A DNA stretch of 64,000 bases from Candidatus Bathyarchaeota archaeon (GCA_963775685.1 CAVZJV010000014.1:1248001-1312000); one strand, 5' to 3'; shown: positions 40,388 through 51,563, counted from the first letter of the stretch. The notes: generated by a model from the letters alone, not told the origin. A program made the numbers and translations.

Positions 40388-40861
40388 CTATTTCGCTTTT
40401 TCAACTAGTTTTACATAGTCTGAATGTACTGTGATGGGCAAAGTGAATGTGGCCTCCAAGAGTTCAAGGGTTACTTCGCCTTTTGCTTTGTCTAGTCTTG
40501 TGATTTTAGCGCGCATACCTTTGAAAGGCCCCCCAGTGATTTCAACGACATCGTCTTCGTTGAGGTCTTCCATAACGGGCTTACGAACTATGTACCTTTC
40601 AATCTCCGCGAAGCTAACGAGCCCTGGTATTCGGGAGCGAACGTGCCTGACTCCCGTAATGGCTTCTTCTACTAAGTGAGGTCCATCTGCTTCGATGAAC
40701 ACGTAACCTTTTAGTGTGTCTGGTACAAGAAGTGACTTGATTGGAATATGGGTCATCTCCACTTTGGAGGCGATTAACCGAGCAACATTGCGTTCTTGAC
40801 CGGTTGTTGTTTTGACAACGAATATTTTTACTTGTTGATTTAGCTCTTCTTTCTTGTCCAT
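40388..40861 (-). CDS. spt5: Transcription elongation factor Spt5
   Basis: NGN domain KTTTGQE...KGYVFIE; KOW GGPFKG. Confidence 0.96.
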   Translation of the reverse strand: MDKKEELNQQVKIFVVKTTTGQERNVARLIASKVEMTHIPIKSLLVPDTLKGYVFIEADGPHLVEEAITGVRHVRSRIPGLVSFAEIERYIVRKPVMEDLNEDDVVEITGGPFKGMRAKITRLDKAKGEVTLELLEATFTLPITVHSDYVKLVEKAK

Positions 40862-40874
40862 GGCAAGTTTCCTT

Positions 40875-41069
40875 CTATGCTGTTGCTGCTGCGCCTGATG
40901 TTGCGCCGCCCACCGCGTAAGATAGCAGTTTAATCACGAACCCTATTAGGCCGACTGCACCGATGCCTAATAGGCTAATTTTTATCGAGAGCCAAAGCTC
41001 TTCGCGCCCCGGCTTTACAGCTAGCTTTAAGGTTCTTGATGCTTGTTGTAGCCAAGATTTTACGCCCAT
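40875..41069 (-). CDS. secE: Protein translocase subunit SecE/Sec61-gamma
   Basis: KPGREE plus TM helix GLIGFVI; upstream of spt5. Confidence 0.93.
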   Translation of the reverse strand: MGVKSWLQQASRTLKLAVKPGREELWLSIKISLLGIGAVGLIGFVIKLLSYAVGGATSGAAATA

Positions 41070-41179
41070 ATTTTACCGCACACTCAAGATTTCACTATTA
41101 TATAATAAACGTTACTGTAATTTTTTAGTTTAAAAAACTACTGTATCAAGCTTTTTAAATGTTCCTTAAAGCGGCATTC

Positions 41180-42004
41180 TTAAACTTTCCTGAAGGGCAA
41201 GCTCACTGTTTCCAGGACAGACAGCAGGTTTGGTTTATCTTCGCTTTTGATGCCTTTCCAATCCAGAACCGCCAAAGACACCTTCTCCAAAGTTCTCTCG
41301 ATACACTGCTTCAACATCTCAGAATCAACAAGGTTAACGGCGTACTTGGGAACCATGTGACCAAACGCCACTTCACCTACCAAAGCCATAAGAGCGAATC
41401 TTTGGTTGTAGTGGGTTCCACCGATACCCAATACCGCAGTGGTCGTAAGCGCTTGAAAACTGGTGACAACTGAAATTGCTGAGTGAGCAACAGCTTCTGC
41501 ACCCCTCATATCACTCCATTGCTCTTGAGAGCTACCGAGCTCTACAAACATTGCAGGGATTGGCAGGCTTGGACCATGATGGGTGCACTCAAAGGACACT
41601 TCATAGTCAAGGTTTAAGGCCTCTTTGTAGTGCAAGAGAGCCTTCAGGGCATTTTGCATAGCTGAGGCAGGCGAAATTGAGAGCGTTTTGGGCAATCCAC
41701 CAAGTTCAGCATTGCCAAAGTTCCCAGGCGTATGAACGGAAAGGGTTGGTTTACCGCTTTGGCTACTATGACGAGAAATGAAAACGATTAGTTTTGCGTC
41801 TGGAAAGTCGCCCGGCAGGTTTTGGGCTTTCACCGATTCCTCGTTTAAAGTTACAAGGGTTGCTTTTTGTCCGTTTATATCGGCGGTATAAGTTAGGTTT
41901 TGCCGGTAGTTTTCAGATGTTTTGCTGAAAGGATAGTTCTTTAGGATTTGCTCTTTGATGTTTAGGCTTGCTATATCCGTGTTTGACGTTACCAGCAGAA
42001 TCAT
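41180..42004 (-). CDS. dtdA: D-aminoacyl-tRNA deacylase (DTD2/GEK1)
   Basis: SRHSS, SVHTPGN, ECTHHGP, FVELGS, GGTHY; start at MILLV. Confidence 0.93.
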   Translation of the reverse strand: MILLVTSNTDIASLNIKEQILKNYPFSKTSENYRQNLTYTADINGQKATLVTLNEESVKAQNLPGDFPDAKLIVFISRHSSQSGKPTLSVHTPGNFGNAELGGLPKTLSISPASAMQNALKALLHYKEALNLDYEVSFECTHHGPSLPIPAMFVELGSSQEQWSDMRGAEAVAHSAISVVTSFQALTTTAVLGIGGTHYNQRFALMALVGEVAFGHMVPKYAVNLVDSEMLKQCIERTLEKVSLAVLDWKGIKSEDKPNLLSVLETVSLPFRKV

Positions 42005-42103
42005 TGGTGTTCCCTTATTGGGTGGGTGCCAGTGCGGAAAAAGTTTTTGCATAAAGCTTATAATTGCATGATTGACTTTGCGTCTATTGAAGGTACCGAG
42101 AAG

Positions 42104-43015
42104 ATGCATCTGGTAAATTTCAAAGAAGTGACCGGTAAAGAGCTAACCCACCTGGTTGACTTAGGCATCGAAGTTAAAGGCAATCCAAAAAAATACCTTA
42201 AAACCTTCGAAGGCAAGTCAGCAGCGATGATTTTCCAGAAGACTTCCACACGTACACGGGTTTCGTTTGAGGTTGCCATGACCCAGTTGGGCGGACATGC
42301 TTTATACATTGATTGGCGAACCACCAATTTTGCATTGGCAGACATCGCTGATGAGTTGCAGTATTTGTCACGCAACGTTGACTGCATTATGGCACGTTTA
42401 CTGTTCGATTCGGACTTGCTTAAGATGGCAAAGGCTTCCCGCGTTCCAGTTATAAACGGTTGTGACGAAATGTATCATCCAAGCCAAGCCTTAGCAGACC
42501 TAATCACTATAAAAGAAAAACATGGCAAACTTAGGGGCGCCAAACTTGTCTACATCGGAGTACACAACAACGTAACCAACTCGCTAATTGAAGGTTGCAC
42601 CAAAACAGGCGTCAAAATCACAACAGTTACACCTATAATCAACGAAGCCGCAAAAGATGAAGAACTACTTTCTGAAGCAAAAGAAACTGGGCTTTGGCAA
42701 GCAACTTTGGATGTGAAGAACGCGGTTGCGGATGCAGACTTTGTTTACACTGACACATGGATTGACATGGAGTTCTTCACGGACCCAAAGTTTGCTTCGG
42801 AAAAAGACAAACGCATCAAGCTCATGATGCCTTACCAAATTAGCACAGAATTACTAGCGGGCAGCAACGCCTACATCATGCATGACATGCCCATTCACCG
42901 AGGATATGAAATAAGCGTAGAAGCCATCGAAAACCCCAAATCGGTGATTTTCGACCAGGCAGAAAACCGATTGTACTCGGCAAAAGCGATTTTCCTCAAG
43001 TTGATTGGTGCTTAA
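42104..43015 (+). CDS. argF: Ornithine carbamoyltransferase-family enzyme (divergent)
   Basis: STRTRVSFE, HPSQALAD, QAENR; HDMP replaces HCLP. Confidence 0.8.
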   Translation: MHLVNFKEVTGKELTHLVDLGIEVKGNPKKYLKTFEGKSAAMIFQKTSTRTRVSFEVAMTQLGGHALYIDWRTTNFALADIADELQYLSRNVDCIMARLLFDSDLLKMAKASRVPVINGCDEMYHPSQALADLITIKEKHGKLRGAKLVYIGVHNNVTNSLIEGCTKTGVKITTVTPIINEAAKDEELLSEAKETGLWQATLDVKNAVADADFVYTDTWIDMEFFTDPKFASEKDKRIKLMMPYQISTELLAGSNAYIMHDMPIHRGYEISVEAIENPKSVIFDQAENRLYSAKAIFLKLIGA

Positions 43016-43111
43016 CCTGTTTTCTATAGCAGATATATTCAGTGATTCTTCAATCTGATTTGACTATGTCACTTTTTACAAGTTTCTTAATTTGACAACA
43101 GTTGCCTTTTG

Positions 43112-43705
43112 TCACTGTTTTGAAATAGTAGTCACTACGTTGGCTAATTCTATCTTGCCGAATGGAGTTAATTTAACAAACTCATTGTCTAGATTGTTGA
43201 ATAAACCTGCTTTGTTTTTGAAGTTAGAAACAAAATCATTGGAATCATAAACGTCGAAGCCCATACATCTCTGTCTAACAGTCTTGATTGAAAACTCAAA
43301 GGCATTGTTGGGAGTTACCAAGGCATTTTCAAATGCAGCCAGTAAAGCTATCTGAATTTGTGCAACAGCCTTCCTTTTTTCGCTAATTCTATAAATAGGT
43401 CGAGCACCGTCTTTTTCTCTAATAAACAATTTATTAACTATTTCATCAGATATCGCATTTTGTCTTAAGAAAAAATTGAGGTCACTAGGAAAGTCCTGGG
43501 CTTCAGGCGCACCGTTTTTATTATGCACAGAAGAGGAATTTTTGTTTTCTATATTGTTGGATAAACAGCCGTTTAATAAAACTTCAAAACATTTTTCACG
43601 ATATCTTTCATCAATCGTGTTTGTGAAATTAATAATTTCTTCTATGGGCTTTCTAAATTTTTCGTATTCATTAGCTTTAATGGGGGTTTCAATAGCAGTT
43701 GCCAT
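43112..43705 (-). CDS. Hypothetical protein, possible C-terminal winged helix
   Basis: 197-aa AT-rich ORF ending VKLTPFG. Confidence 0.6.
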   Translation of the reverse strand: MATAIETPIKANEYEKFRKPIEEIINFTNTIDERYREKCFEVLLNGCLSNNIENKNSSSVHNKNGAPEAQDFPSDLNFFLRQNAISDEIVNKLFIREKDGARPIYRISEKRKAVAQIQIALLAAFENALVTPNNAFEFSIKTVRQRCMGFDVYDSNDFVSNFKNKAGLFNNLDNEFVKLTPFGKIELANVVTTISKQ

Positions 43706-43877
43706 TCAGAGTAGCCCTCTTTGAGGATTATTGAATACAAAAAGATTTTTGAAGAAATAAGCGTTGACGTGTTATGTAAATTACAACAAAATATGTTCTG
43801 AGTGCTCAGACTAAGGCAATGATGCAGTTTGAAAAATTAAAAATAAAGTCAAATTTCGCGTCTATTAAATGGATTGC

Positions 43878-44309
43878 TTATTGTTTAACCTGGTGGCCGC
43901 ATGAGTAGCATTTTCCATCATGAACGCAGACCACATCACCACAGACTGGGCATTGATACTTCACACCTTGACTTTTCAGGAATTCTTCCAGCCCTTCTTT
44001 CTTTAACTCCTCAAGGTTTTCAATCATGCTCATGCTGTAGCGTTCGCGGTAGCGTTTGTCTAATTGTACGAGCTTTTCGCATGGAATTGAGTCGCATTGA
44101 CTACAATTTTGGATTTGGTGTTTGGAGAGTTTTTTACATCCTCGTTTGATGTAGCAGTTTTTTGCTCGGCGAATGCAGCTTGCACAGTGGCTCACTTTTC
44201 CTTTTTTCTTTGGGATTCCGTGGGTGCAAGCTAAGTATGCTTTGCATATTCCACAGTTCATGCCGCAGGGTGCAATGAGTTCAGGCCTGAATTTGGTTTG
44301 AGTCATCAA
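43878..44309 (-). CDS. DUF3795-family Cys-rich protein
   Basis: IAPCGMNCGIC, CSQC..PC, CPVCG...CYSC. Confidence 0.85.
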   Translation of the reverse strand: MMTQTKFRPELIAPCGMNCGICKAYLACTHGIPKKKGKVSHCASCIRRAKNCYIKRGCKKLSKHQIQNCSQCDSIPCEKLVQLDKRYRERYSMSMIENLEELKKEGLEEFLKSQGVKYQCPVCGDVVCVHDGKCYSCGHQVKQ

Positions 44310-44628
44310 TTGGTTATTAGATGTTAACAGTTTAATTGAGTTACGCTTTTGGGAAAATATTGGGTTAGCTATGTTTGAGGGATAATTCTTAATAAGCTTA
44401 GAAAAATGCCTGATAACTATAACCCATTTTTTATGCGATGTCTGGAAGGTAAGAAATGAAGAAGGGGTTGCTGAATTTCTTAAAATTGAAAGTAAGAAAG
44501 AGGAAAAATTTCAAACCTCTTTAATTACAGCTTCAATAGCGGAAATCAAATCCAGAGCTCTCAGCCCCAGCTTTACTCCAATGTATTTCAAGACTAAAAA
44601 AGGGGAAAGATTGTTTTGTTTGAAGTTT

Positions 44629-45090
44629 TTATGGTCGTTTTCTTAGAGCTATGATAATGACTGCGCCGACAACTATGATTGCAATGATAATGCCGATGAT
44701 GCCTGGTAGCAAATAGAGATCTGCCATTGATACTGGTTGTGTTGGTTGTGGTGTTGGTGTTGCTGCTACTTCGTCTACTGAGAAGGCTGCTTCGGCAGAT
44801 GATGGCCAGTAGCCGTTCGTGCCTGCGAAGGTTGCGGTGACGCTGTATTTACCGGTGATATCAGGTGTCCAGTGTAGACTGTAGAAACCGCGTGCATCAG
44901 TAGTTGTCGTGCCAATGGTTCGATAGTTGCCGTTTGCGTCAACAACACTGAGTGTAACTTCTACACCAATGAAGTTTGTTGGCAATGGTTTCTGTTGGTA
45001 CACATAGCCCATCCAGTAAGACATAGATGCGTCTGATGACACTGGGACTCGGTTGTGGAATCTTGTTGCTTGTTCATCTTGTGCGGGTTG
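44629..45090 (-). pseudogene. C-terminal fragment of a second PQQ-propeller surface protein paralog
   Basis: Strong similarity to the C-terminus of 34343-36929 (WMxYVYxQKP, YWPS, LRKRP); N-terminal part absent. Confidence 0.8.
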
Positions 45091-45175
45091 ACTTTACAAG
45101 AGGTTTTATCCATTCAGTAAGTAGTCAATTTTTGCTTAATCTCAAAATTTCAAAAAAGATTGGGACTTTGACTGC

Positions 45176-45412
45176 ATGGTTGATGTTGAAAGAATCAAGG
45201 TTGGAAAACAACAGAGTATTGATACGTTGATTAGTGAAGAAGCTTTGTTGTTTGCTAAATTCCTGAGAAACGAAAGAAAAGAATGGATTCCAAGAACTGT
45301 AAATATCCCAAAGCACGCAATATATTCCAAAAAGGAAAAAATAGACAGTTTCGAAAGACCCATTATTGACAAGCTTAGTTCTTCAAGAGCGAGCGGTTTA
45401 ACTCTATTTTAA
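45176..45412 (+). pseudogene. Possible C-terminal remnant of a Cas1-like protein
   Basis: RIKVGKQQSIDTLISEEALLFAKFLRNERKEWIPR resembles, from recollection, C-termini of archaeal stand-alone Cas1 homologs; no upstream part. Confidence 0.4.
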
Positions 45413-45652
45413 TAAAATGTTTTACAGTGAGTTCTGAAGATGTTAGTAATTTTTTTGACTAACTACAAAATAAGAATTCCCTTTTCATAATAGAAGTATT
45501 AGTAGGTGAATAAATTGAAAAAAAAAGCGCGTGACAAAATTGTTTGCAGATATACCCACTATTTTTAAAGTAACTCCCATGGCAGTCTCGTGCACAACAC
45601 TAGCAACTTTTCGGATAAAAGCAACTACCAATTATGGTTAAAGTGAAGTAAA

Positions 45653-45989
45653 ATGAAAGACAAACCGGTACCAAGAATGCTTGCCAGCATAGGGCTTTCC
45701 GCAGTTGATACTGAAGTCTATATTTGTTTAGCTAAACATGGTCCCAGAAGGGTCTCAGACTTGACTAATGAACTCAAGTTTTCAAAAAACGAAGTTGAAG
45801 TTAGCCTAAAAAAACTTCAGGATATAAGAATGGTTACTCCCAATATTAAACATCAGCCGCTGTTTTTTGCTAAGCCTTTCAATAAAAGTTCTTGATTGGT
45901 TGATTAAATCTAGAATTCATCAAGCTGAACTCTTGGAAAGAGATCGAGATGAGTTGGTTGAAATTTGGAAAATTATGCTTAAAGCTTGA
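45653..45989 (+). pseudogene. TrmB-type HTH regulator, frameshifted near 45885
   Basis: GLSAVDTEVYICL...LKKL; continuation VLDWLIK in another frame. Confidence 0.7.
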
Positions 45990-46123
45990 TTGATTTCTGT
46001 ACTTAACCGCCACAATATTTGTGCAAATAGCTATATCAAAAGCTATTTTTGCACTTTCAATATTACTGTATCTTAGGAGAATTAACTGCTTAAGGCATTA
46101 GTCAAAAAGGTGTTCATTAAGAT

Positions 46124-48174
46124 TTGAATGAAAGAATAGTTAAAGCACTTAAAAATCTTGGGCTTTCAGAAACAGATGTCCAAGTGTATGTTTTTCTTTC
46201 AAAAAAAGGGCCTCAAAAAGTTAGAGAGATATCCAAAGCGTTAGGAATTTACAGGCAGCAACTCTATCTTAGTCTCAAAAGCTTGCAGAGCAAAGGAATT
46301 GTGAGTGCTACATTTGAACACCCTGCAAATTTTTCAGCGATTCCCTTTGAGAAAGTTCTGGATATGTTCGTTAAATCAAAGTTGGAGGAAGCAAAGAAAA
46401 TTCAGGTTGAGAAAGACGAACTTATCACAAACTGGCAGACTTTGCAGATAGGGGAAAAGCGGGATAACGTTGCCAAATTTATGGTTATTGAAGGTAGATC
46501 AATCATCTATGCTCGAATTAGACAGATGATAGGAGAAACATCAAACTCTCTTTCAATAATATCTTCGGTTCCGGGTCTAGTTCGTGCCGATCAATTTGGT
46601 CTTATTGATGATAGTTTCAATGTGGCAATAAAGGACAAAATTAAGGTATGGTTTCTAACCCATTTATCTAAGAAAGACGCACACTTAATTAAACCCCTTC
46701 TTGAAAGAGTTAACCAACTGACCCCTTATTTTGAAGGCAGAAACCCCGACTTTGAATAAAGTTCATTTCCCCGGATGGTTATTCGCGACAAAGAAGTTAT
46801 TTTTTTTATTTCATCAAGTACAGATGCTCCTGATTCCGAGCAGGAAAATGTTTGCCTTTGGACAAACTGCCAATCTCTTGTTAAGGCATTCAGCACAATT
46901 TTTGAGGAGATGTGGTCTAATTCGGTTAGCCTCGACAAAAAATTAATTGAAATCGAAACGGGCAACCTATCGTCTAAAACGAGCATAATTTCAGATTCAG
47001 AAAAAGCCGAGAAAATCTGCACTGAAATCATTGATTCTGCAAAAAAAGAAATAATCATACTAACTTCATCTGGTGGACTAATCCAAAATTGGAGAACGCA
47101 AACAAACTTAAGAGAAAGTTCTCAGAAAGGAGTTACTGTAAAAATTTTAGCACCTATAGTTATGGGTAATCTAGAAGCTGCACATGAACTTAGCAGATTC
47201 TGCTTAGTAAAACATGTTCGAATAAGCTATCAACCGATGACAATTGTTGATGAAAAGCGTCTTTTCCAGTTTAAATCGCATCTTTCAAATCATAAGCTGC
47301 TCGAACCGCCAACCTTCCAAGACACATTCTACTCCAGTGATCTTAAACACATAAAGAAGATGAGAGCTGTTTTTAATGAATTGTGGATTAACGCCAAGTC
47401 ACCTTCATCAATTACTTTGGAAAAAGCAATGGGATCATTAGAATCGTTTGCAGACCCTTCGGAATGTCCTTGGAAGAGGCTAAATGATTTCAAAGTAGCG
47501 GAAGAACAAGATTTGGAACCTTTGACCGAAAAAGATCTGTTGAATAAGATCATGAACGCTAAAAAATTTCTTGTAAAGGATCCTATTAAGGATACTATAA
47601 GGATCTATGGAAGTACAGCAGCGGCTGTTATTCATACACCTGAAACATTCAACCTTCCAGATATGATTATCCTGATTTGCCATTTTGACGAACAATCGTC
47701 GTCGGGAGCAGATGAAGCCATAATAATCAATCTTCTACTAGACACTCCCAAAGGGCGATCCTTCGTACCTGTTGCTATTGCTAACACCTACCCTCAAAGT
47801 CAAATTGGTTTTAGACACATGTACGCGAACACTCCTGCTGCAGACAATATTCGGCTTATTAAAGAAAAAGAAATACAGATTCGAATACACTGCAACAATC
47901 TATTCGCAGCTGGAATGTCCCTATCCAGCTTTATCCCCCGAAATACGTACTTCCGCCTGCATGTATCCAATTTGAAGGATACGGAGAAGTTAAGACACAA
48001 GTACATACTATAATTTAACCTTCTGGCTGGAAACATAAACATGAACAGAACCACTTTGATGCATTTGTAACCTTCATGCATCCAACATCAATGTATTCTG
48101 GACCGGGAACAGACGGCAGATTCATCAGAGACATTATTATCACAATGATTCCACCGAAAATCCAAAGTCATTAA
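46124..48174 (+). pseudogene. Large TrmB-family regulator (HTH plus two PLD-like effector domains), frameshifted
   Basis: LGLSETDVQVYVFL HTH; IRDKE...FEEMW and IVDEK...FNELW repeats; breaks near 46760 and 47910. Confidence 0.75.
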
Positions 48175-48422
48175 TTCTCAATTTTAGCCTTTATCAGTCC
48201 GTTAGAATTGAAAGTAATAGCTTGCAAGTTAATGGACTTGATAGAAAATCTTTGAATCTGTTAAGAGAGAGTAAATTCGATTTCAATTACACATTTTATT
48301 CAGGTTGAATTGAATTACTGAAGTGTCGGTAAATTTTTTGACTAACTATAGAATAAGAATAACTTTTGAGTAACAGCATTATTGAGCTAAATTGAGTTTT
48401 AAGAGGAGGTGAAAAAGCAAAC

Positions 48423-49062
48423 ATGAAAATCAGAAGAATAGTCCTGGGGACTGCTCTTGCTTTGTCTCTTACAATCGTTGTTTTGGCAGCTGAAGTTGCA
48501 CCAGCGCTCGCCGAAGTGACGCATAATGGACACATTAGCGTAAGTGGTGTTACTCTTATCGACATTGAGGGTCATCACCTATTATGGTATTTGCACTTCA
48601 CTATGACAGGGGCGACTATGGTCCAGGAGATTTCCTTGAAGTCGATACGCAGCAAAATATCCCAGGGCATGGACTTGTTTGGGCGCCTGCGGCTATTATA
48701 GCAGACAGCAATTCAATAGTTGACTTACAAAAGTTCATTTATGCTGGACTCCCTCCTGTAAACAATATTGTGAAGGTTAAAAACTTCGAGCTTCAAGTGT
48801 ACAGAATAGGCAAAGTTGTTTTCGCATATTGGATCGTGCCAATAACATCAGCAGCTGTAACGTTGCCTCTGGGTGCTTACTGTTTAAAGGAAACGGCGGT
48901 ATCAAAGATTGGCATCCACAATATTTGCTGCCAAATGTGGCATTTGGCTTTGATAAGGTGGGTTTTGATGCACATGCAACTTTGTTCTGTCCAACGTGGA
49001 GGTACTTTGTACCTGTTGGAGATCGAACACATCGATTGGTGTTGATGTTAACTGGTGGGTAA
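48423..49062 (+). pseudogene. Secreted hypothetical protein, split by frameshifts
   Basis: GAGGAGG RBS, signal peptide MKIRRIVLGTALAL; three overlapping ORFs. Confidence 0.55.
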
Positions 49063-49493
49063 CGTTTACTCCACCTCCAACATAAATGTTCAATAGAGCA
49101 TTAAAGCTCCTTTTTCTTTTTTCTTTAAGTTCAATATTCTTCTTAAGCTTCACTTTTCCTTTTGGGTAGTAACGATATTTTGTTAAGCCGTGCTTGTGAC
49201 AGGCATTATTCTTTTTTTGTTGTGGTAACGGTGGTAGAAGAGGTATAGGGGTGTAGGGTTAAGTTAAGGGTGAAGTATTTGGTCGGGAAGTATTGCAGTA
49301 GTGGTGTTAGCGTGGTGAGTGTTAGGCGTGTTAGCGTGTGGAGAAAAACAGAGAGAAAAAGATTAAACTTTAATCAAATATTGGTTATATGGACTCGAGA
49401 TAGCTATTCGGGTTTGGACGATAATTATCGCAGTATTTACCAATAATTCTTAATTATGCCGTCCGATAAATGGAGTGGCTGAGGTACAATAAA

Positions 49494-50555
49494 ATGGTAA
49501 AAATGGATTTTGGAGGCGTCAAAGAGGACGTCATCACTAGAAAAGAGTTCACATTAGCACAAGCCCAAAAAATTCTAAAAGACGAGGTTGTCGTTTCACT
49601 TGGCTACGGAATACAAGGCCAAGCTCAATCACTTAACATGCGTGATCAAGGAGTAAAAGTAATTATCGGGCAAGAAAAAGAAGGCGTATTCAAAAAAGAA
49701 TGGGACAAAGCTGTTGCCGACGGATGGGTTCCAGGCAAAAACCTCTTTCCTATGGAAGAAGCGGCCAAAATGGGCACAATCAAACTCTTCCTTTTAACCG
49801 ATTCAGGACAAAAAGCAGTCTGGCCAAAAGTCAAAGCAACCCTCAAAGCTGGAGATGCACTCTACTTTAGCCATGGTTTTAGCATAGTTTACAAAGAACA
49901 AACAGGCGTTATCCCACCAAAAGACATAGACGTAATCCTCGTTGCACCAAAAGGCTCCGGCACATCTGTGCGCAGAAACTTTATTGACGGAAGTGGCATA
50001 AACTGCAGCTTTGCAGTCTTTCAAGACGCAACAGGTAAAGCCGAAGAACGCGCTAAAGCGCTTGGCATCGCCATAGGTGGAGGATACCTCTTTCCAACCA
50101 CATTTGAGAAAGAAACTTACAGTGACCTAACAGGCGAACGCGGAACACTTATGGGTGCACTCGCAGGCATACTAGAAGCCCAATACAAAACCTTGCGCGA
50201 GCATGGACACAGCCCAAGCGAAGCATTCAATGAAAGCGTCGAAGAACTAACACAAAGCCTAATCAGACTTGTCGACGAGAACGGCATGGACTGGATGTAC
50301 TGCAACTGCAGCGAAACCGCACGCATCGGTGCTCTACGCTGGAGAAGCCGTTTCCGCGAAGCAACTCAACCAGTCTTTGACTCGCTCTACGAGCTTGTCG
50401 CTGCAGGTGAAGAAACACGTATTGTCCTAGAAAAAAGCAAGGCACCAGACTACCGCCAGAAACTAGCTGAAGAACTCAAAGAGATGGGTAACAGCGAAAT
50501 GTGGCGTGCAGGCGCAACAGTGCGTTCTCTGCGCCCAAAACAAAAGAAAGAGTAA
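49494..50555 (+). CDS. ilvC: Ketol-acid reductoisomerase
   Basis: GYGIQG, FSHGF, VAPKGSG, SDLTGER, HSPSEAFNE. Confidence 0.96.
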   Translation: MVKMDFGGVKEDVITRKEFTLAQAQKILKDEVVVSLGYGIQGQAQSLNMRDQGVKVIIGQEKEGVFKKEWDKAVADGWVPGKNLFPMEEAAKMGTIKLFLLTDSGQKAVWPKVKATLKAGDALYFSHGFSIVYKEQTGVIPPKDIDVILVAPKGSGTSVRRNFIDGSGINCSFAVFQDATGKAEERAKALGIAIGGGYLFPTTFEKETYSDLTGERGTLMGALAGILEAQYKTLREHGHSPSEAFNESVEELTQSLIRLVDENGMDWMYCNCSETARIGALRWRSRFREATQPVFDSLYELVAAGEETRIVLEKSKAPDYRQKLAEELKEMGNSEMWRAGATVRSLRPKQKKE

Positions 50556-50592
50556 AACTCTTTTTTTCTACTTTTTAGTGTTTAAATTTTCA

Positions 50593-51477
50593 TTACATTA
50601 AAAAATAATCTTTGCAATTATTAGCTTTACCCATGAAGTCAGTTAAGGCCTGATTTTCAGAGGTCAAATCAGCGACACCCAACATGTAGGAAGGATGCTT
50701 CTCTAATTCCACCTCTTTAGTATAGGGGGTTTTAGTAAAGCGCAGCACGGTGTTTGCTTTTTGATTTGTTAATTCTTGTAGAATCTTGTTTCTTCTGCTG
50801 CTTTCATGTGAGAGAAAGGTTGCAATTATTATCAAGTGATATTTTTTTGCAAAGGTTGCAAGGTAATTCATAATTTGACCATAAAATGCTTTTGCTTCTT
50901 GGTCATCTACATTTTCATGTAAGAATGGACCTGCTATGTCGGAGATTACTATAAGTTTAGCATTACGAGTTTCAACGGCTTCTTGTAGTTTTTCCATTAC
51001 TATAGAAGTTAGTCGGTAGGCTGTGTACACTCGTATGTTGTGGACTCGTTCAAGTGCTGCTTTAGCGTCTAATTGTTCAAGCAACGCTGCGCGTCCAATA
51101 TCTGATAGTGAAGAGCTATTTGCACAGTCGATGAAAACAACATTGCTTTCCAATCCACCAAATTCCACTGGTAGCTGAGCACGGACACAAAGTTTAGAAA
51201 CTAAAGAAGTAACTGTTTGGGGACCATAGAGGACAGCGAAGTCTCCTGCTTTGAATCCTGGAAAAAGTCCATCTATGTTCTCTATGTTAAATGTGAAACG
51301 TGTTGGAGCCGGTTGTGCAATTGAAGGTTTGATTATTAATTTTGGTTGAAGCAGATTTTGTTGCATATTATTCCACGAAAATCTGTTACGACCAATCAGT
51401 CTATTTAAACTATCAGCGAAACTACAATCTTGAGTAGGGGAGGGTAGACTGAAAGTGAAACTGTTGACAATAATCAA
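50593..51477 (-). CDS. RadA/Rad51-fold protein lacking Walker A lysine
   Basis: IDGLFPG, GGLESNVVFID, LIVISD; LYGPQTVTS replaces GxxxxGKT; start uncertain. Confidence 0.75.
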   Translation of the reverse strand: MIIVNSFTFSLPSPTQDCSFADSLNRLIGRNRFSWNNMQQNLLQPKLIIKPSIAQPAPTRFTFNIENIDGLFPGFKAGDFAVLYGPQTVTSLVSKLCVRAQLPVEFGGLESNVVFIDCANSSSLSDIGRAALLEQLDAKAALERVHNIRVYTAYRLTSIVMEKLQEAVETRNAKLIVISDIAGPFLHENVDDQEAKAFYGQIMNYLATFAKKYHLIIIATFLSHESSRRNKILQELTNQKANTVLRFTKTPYTKEVELEKHPSYMLGVADLTSENQALTDFMGKANNCKDYFLM

Positions 51478-51563
51478 TCATAACCATTAACGTCTTTTGC
51501 CTCTGGAATTTTCGGTCTGATGCTACCTAAGTTCTCGCTTATTGGCAAGCTAATTTTTTATAC

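Noticed and set aside
49190-49228. Ile/Leu/Val-rich leader peptide (MLVTGIILFLLW) upstream of ilvC
   Set aside because: GTG start without RBS, expected by chance in T-rich DNA, no attenuator hairpin, and a TATA-like box lies much closer to ilvC (~49450).
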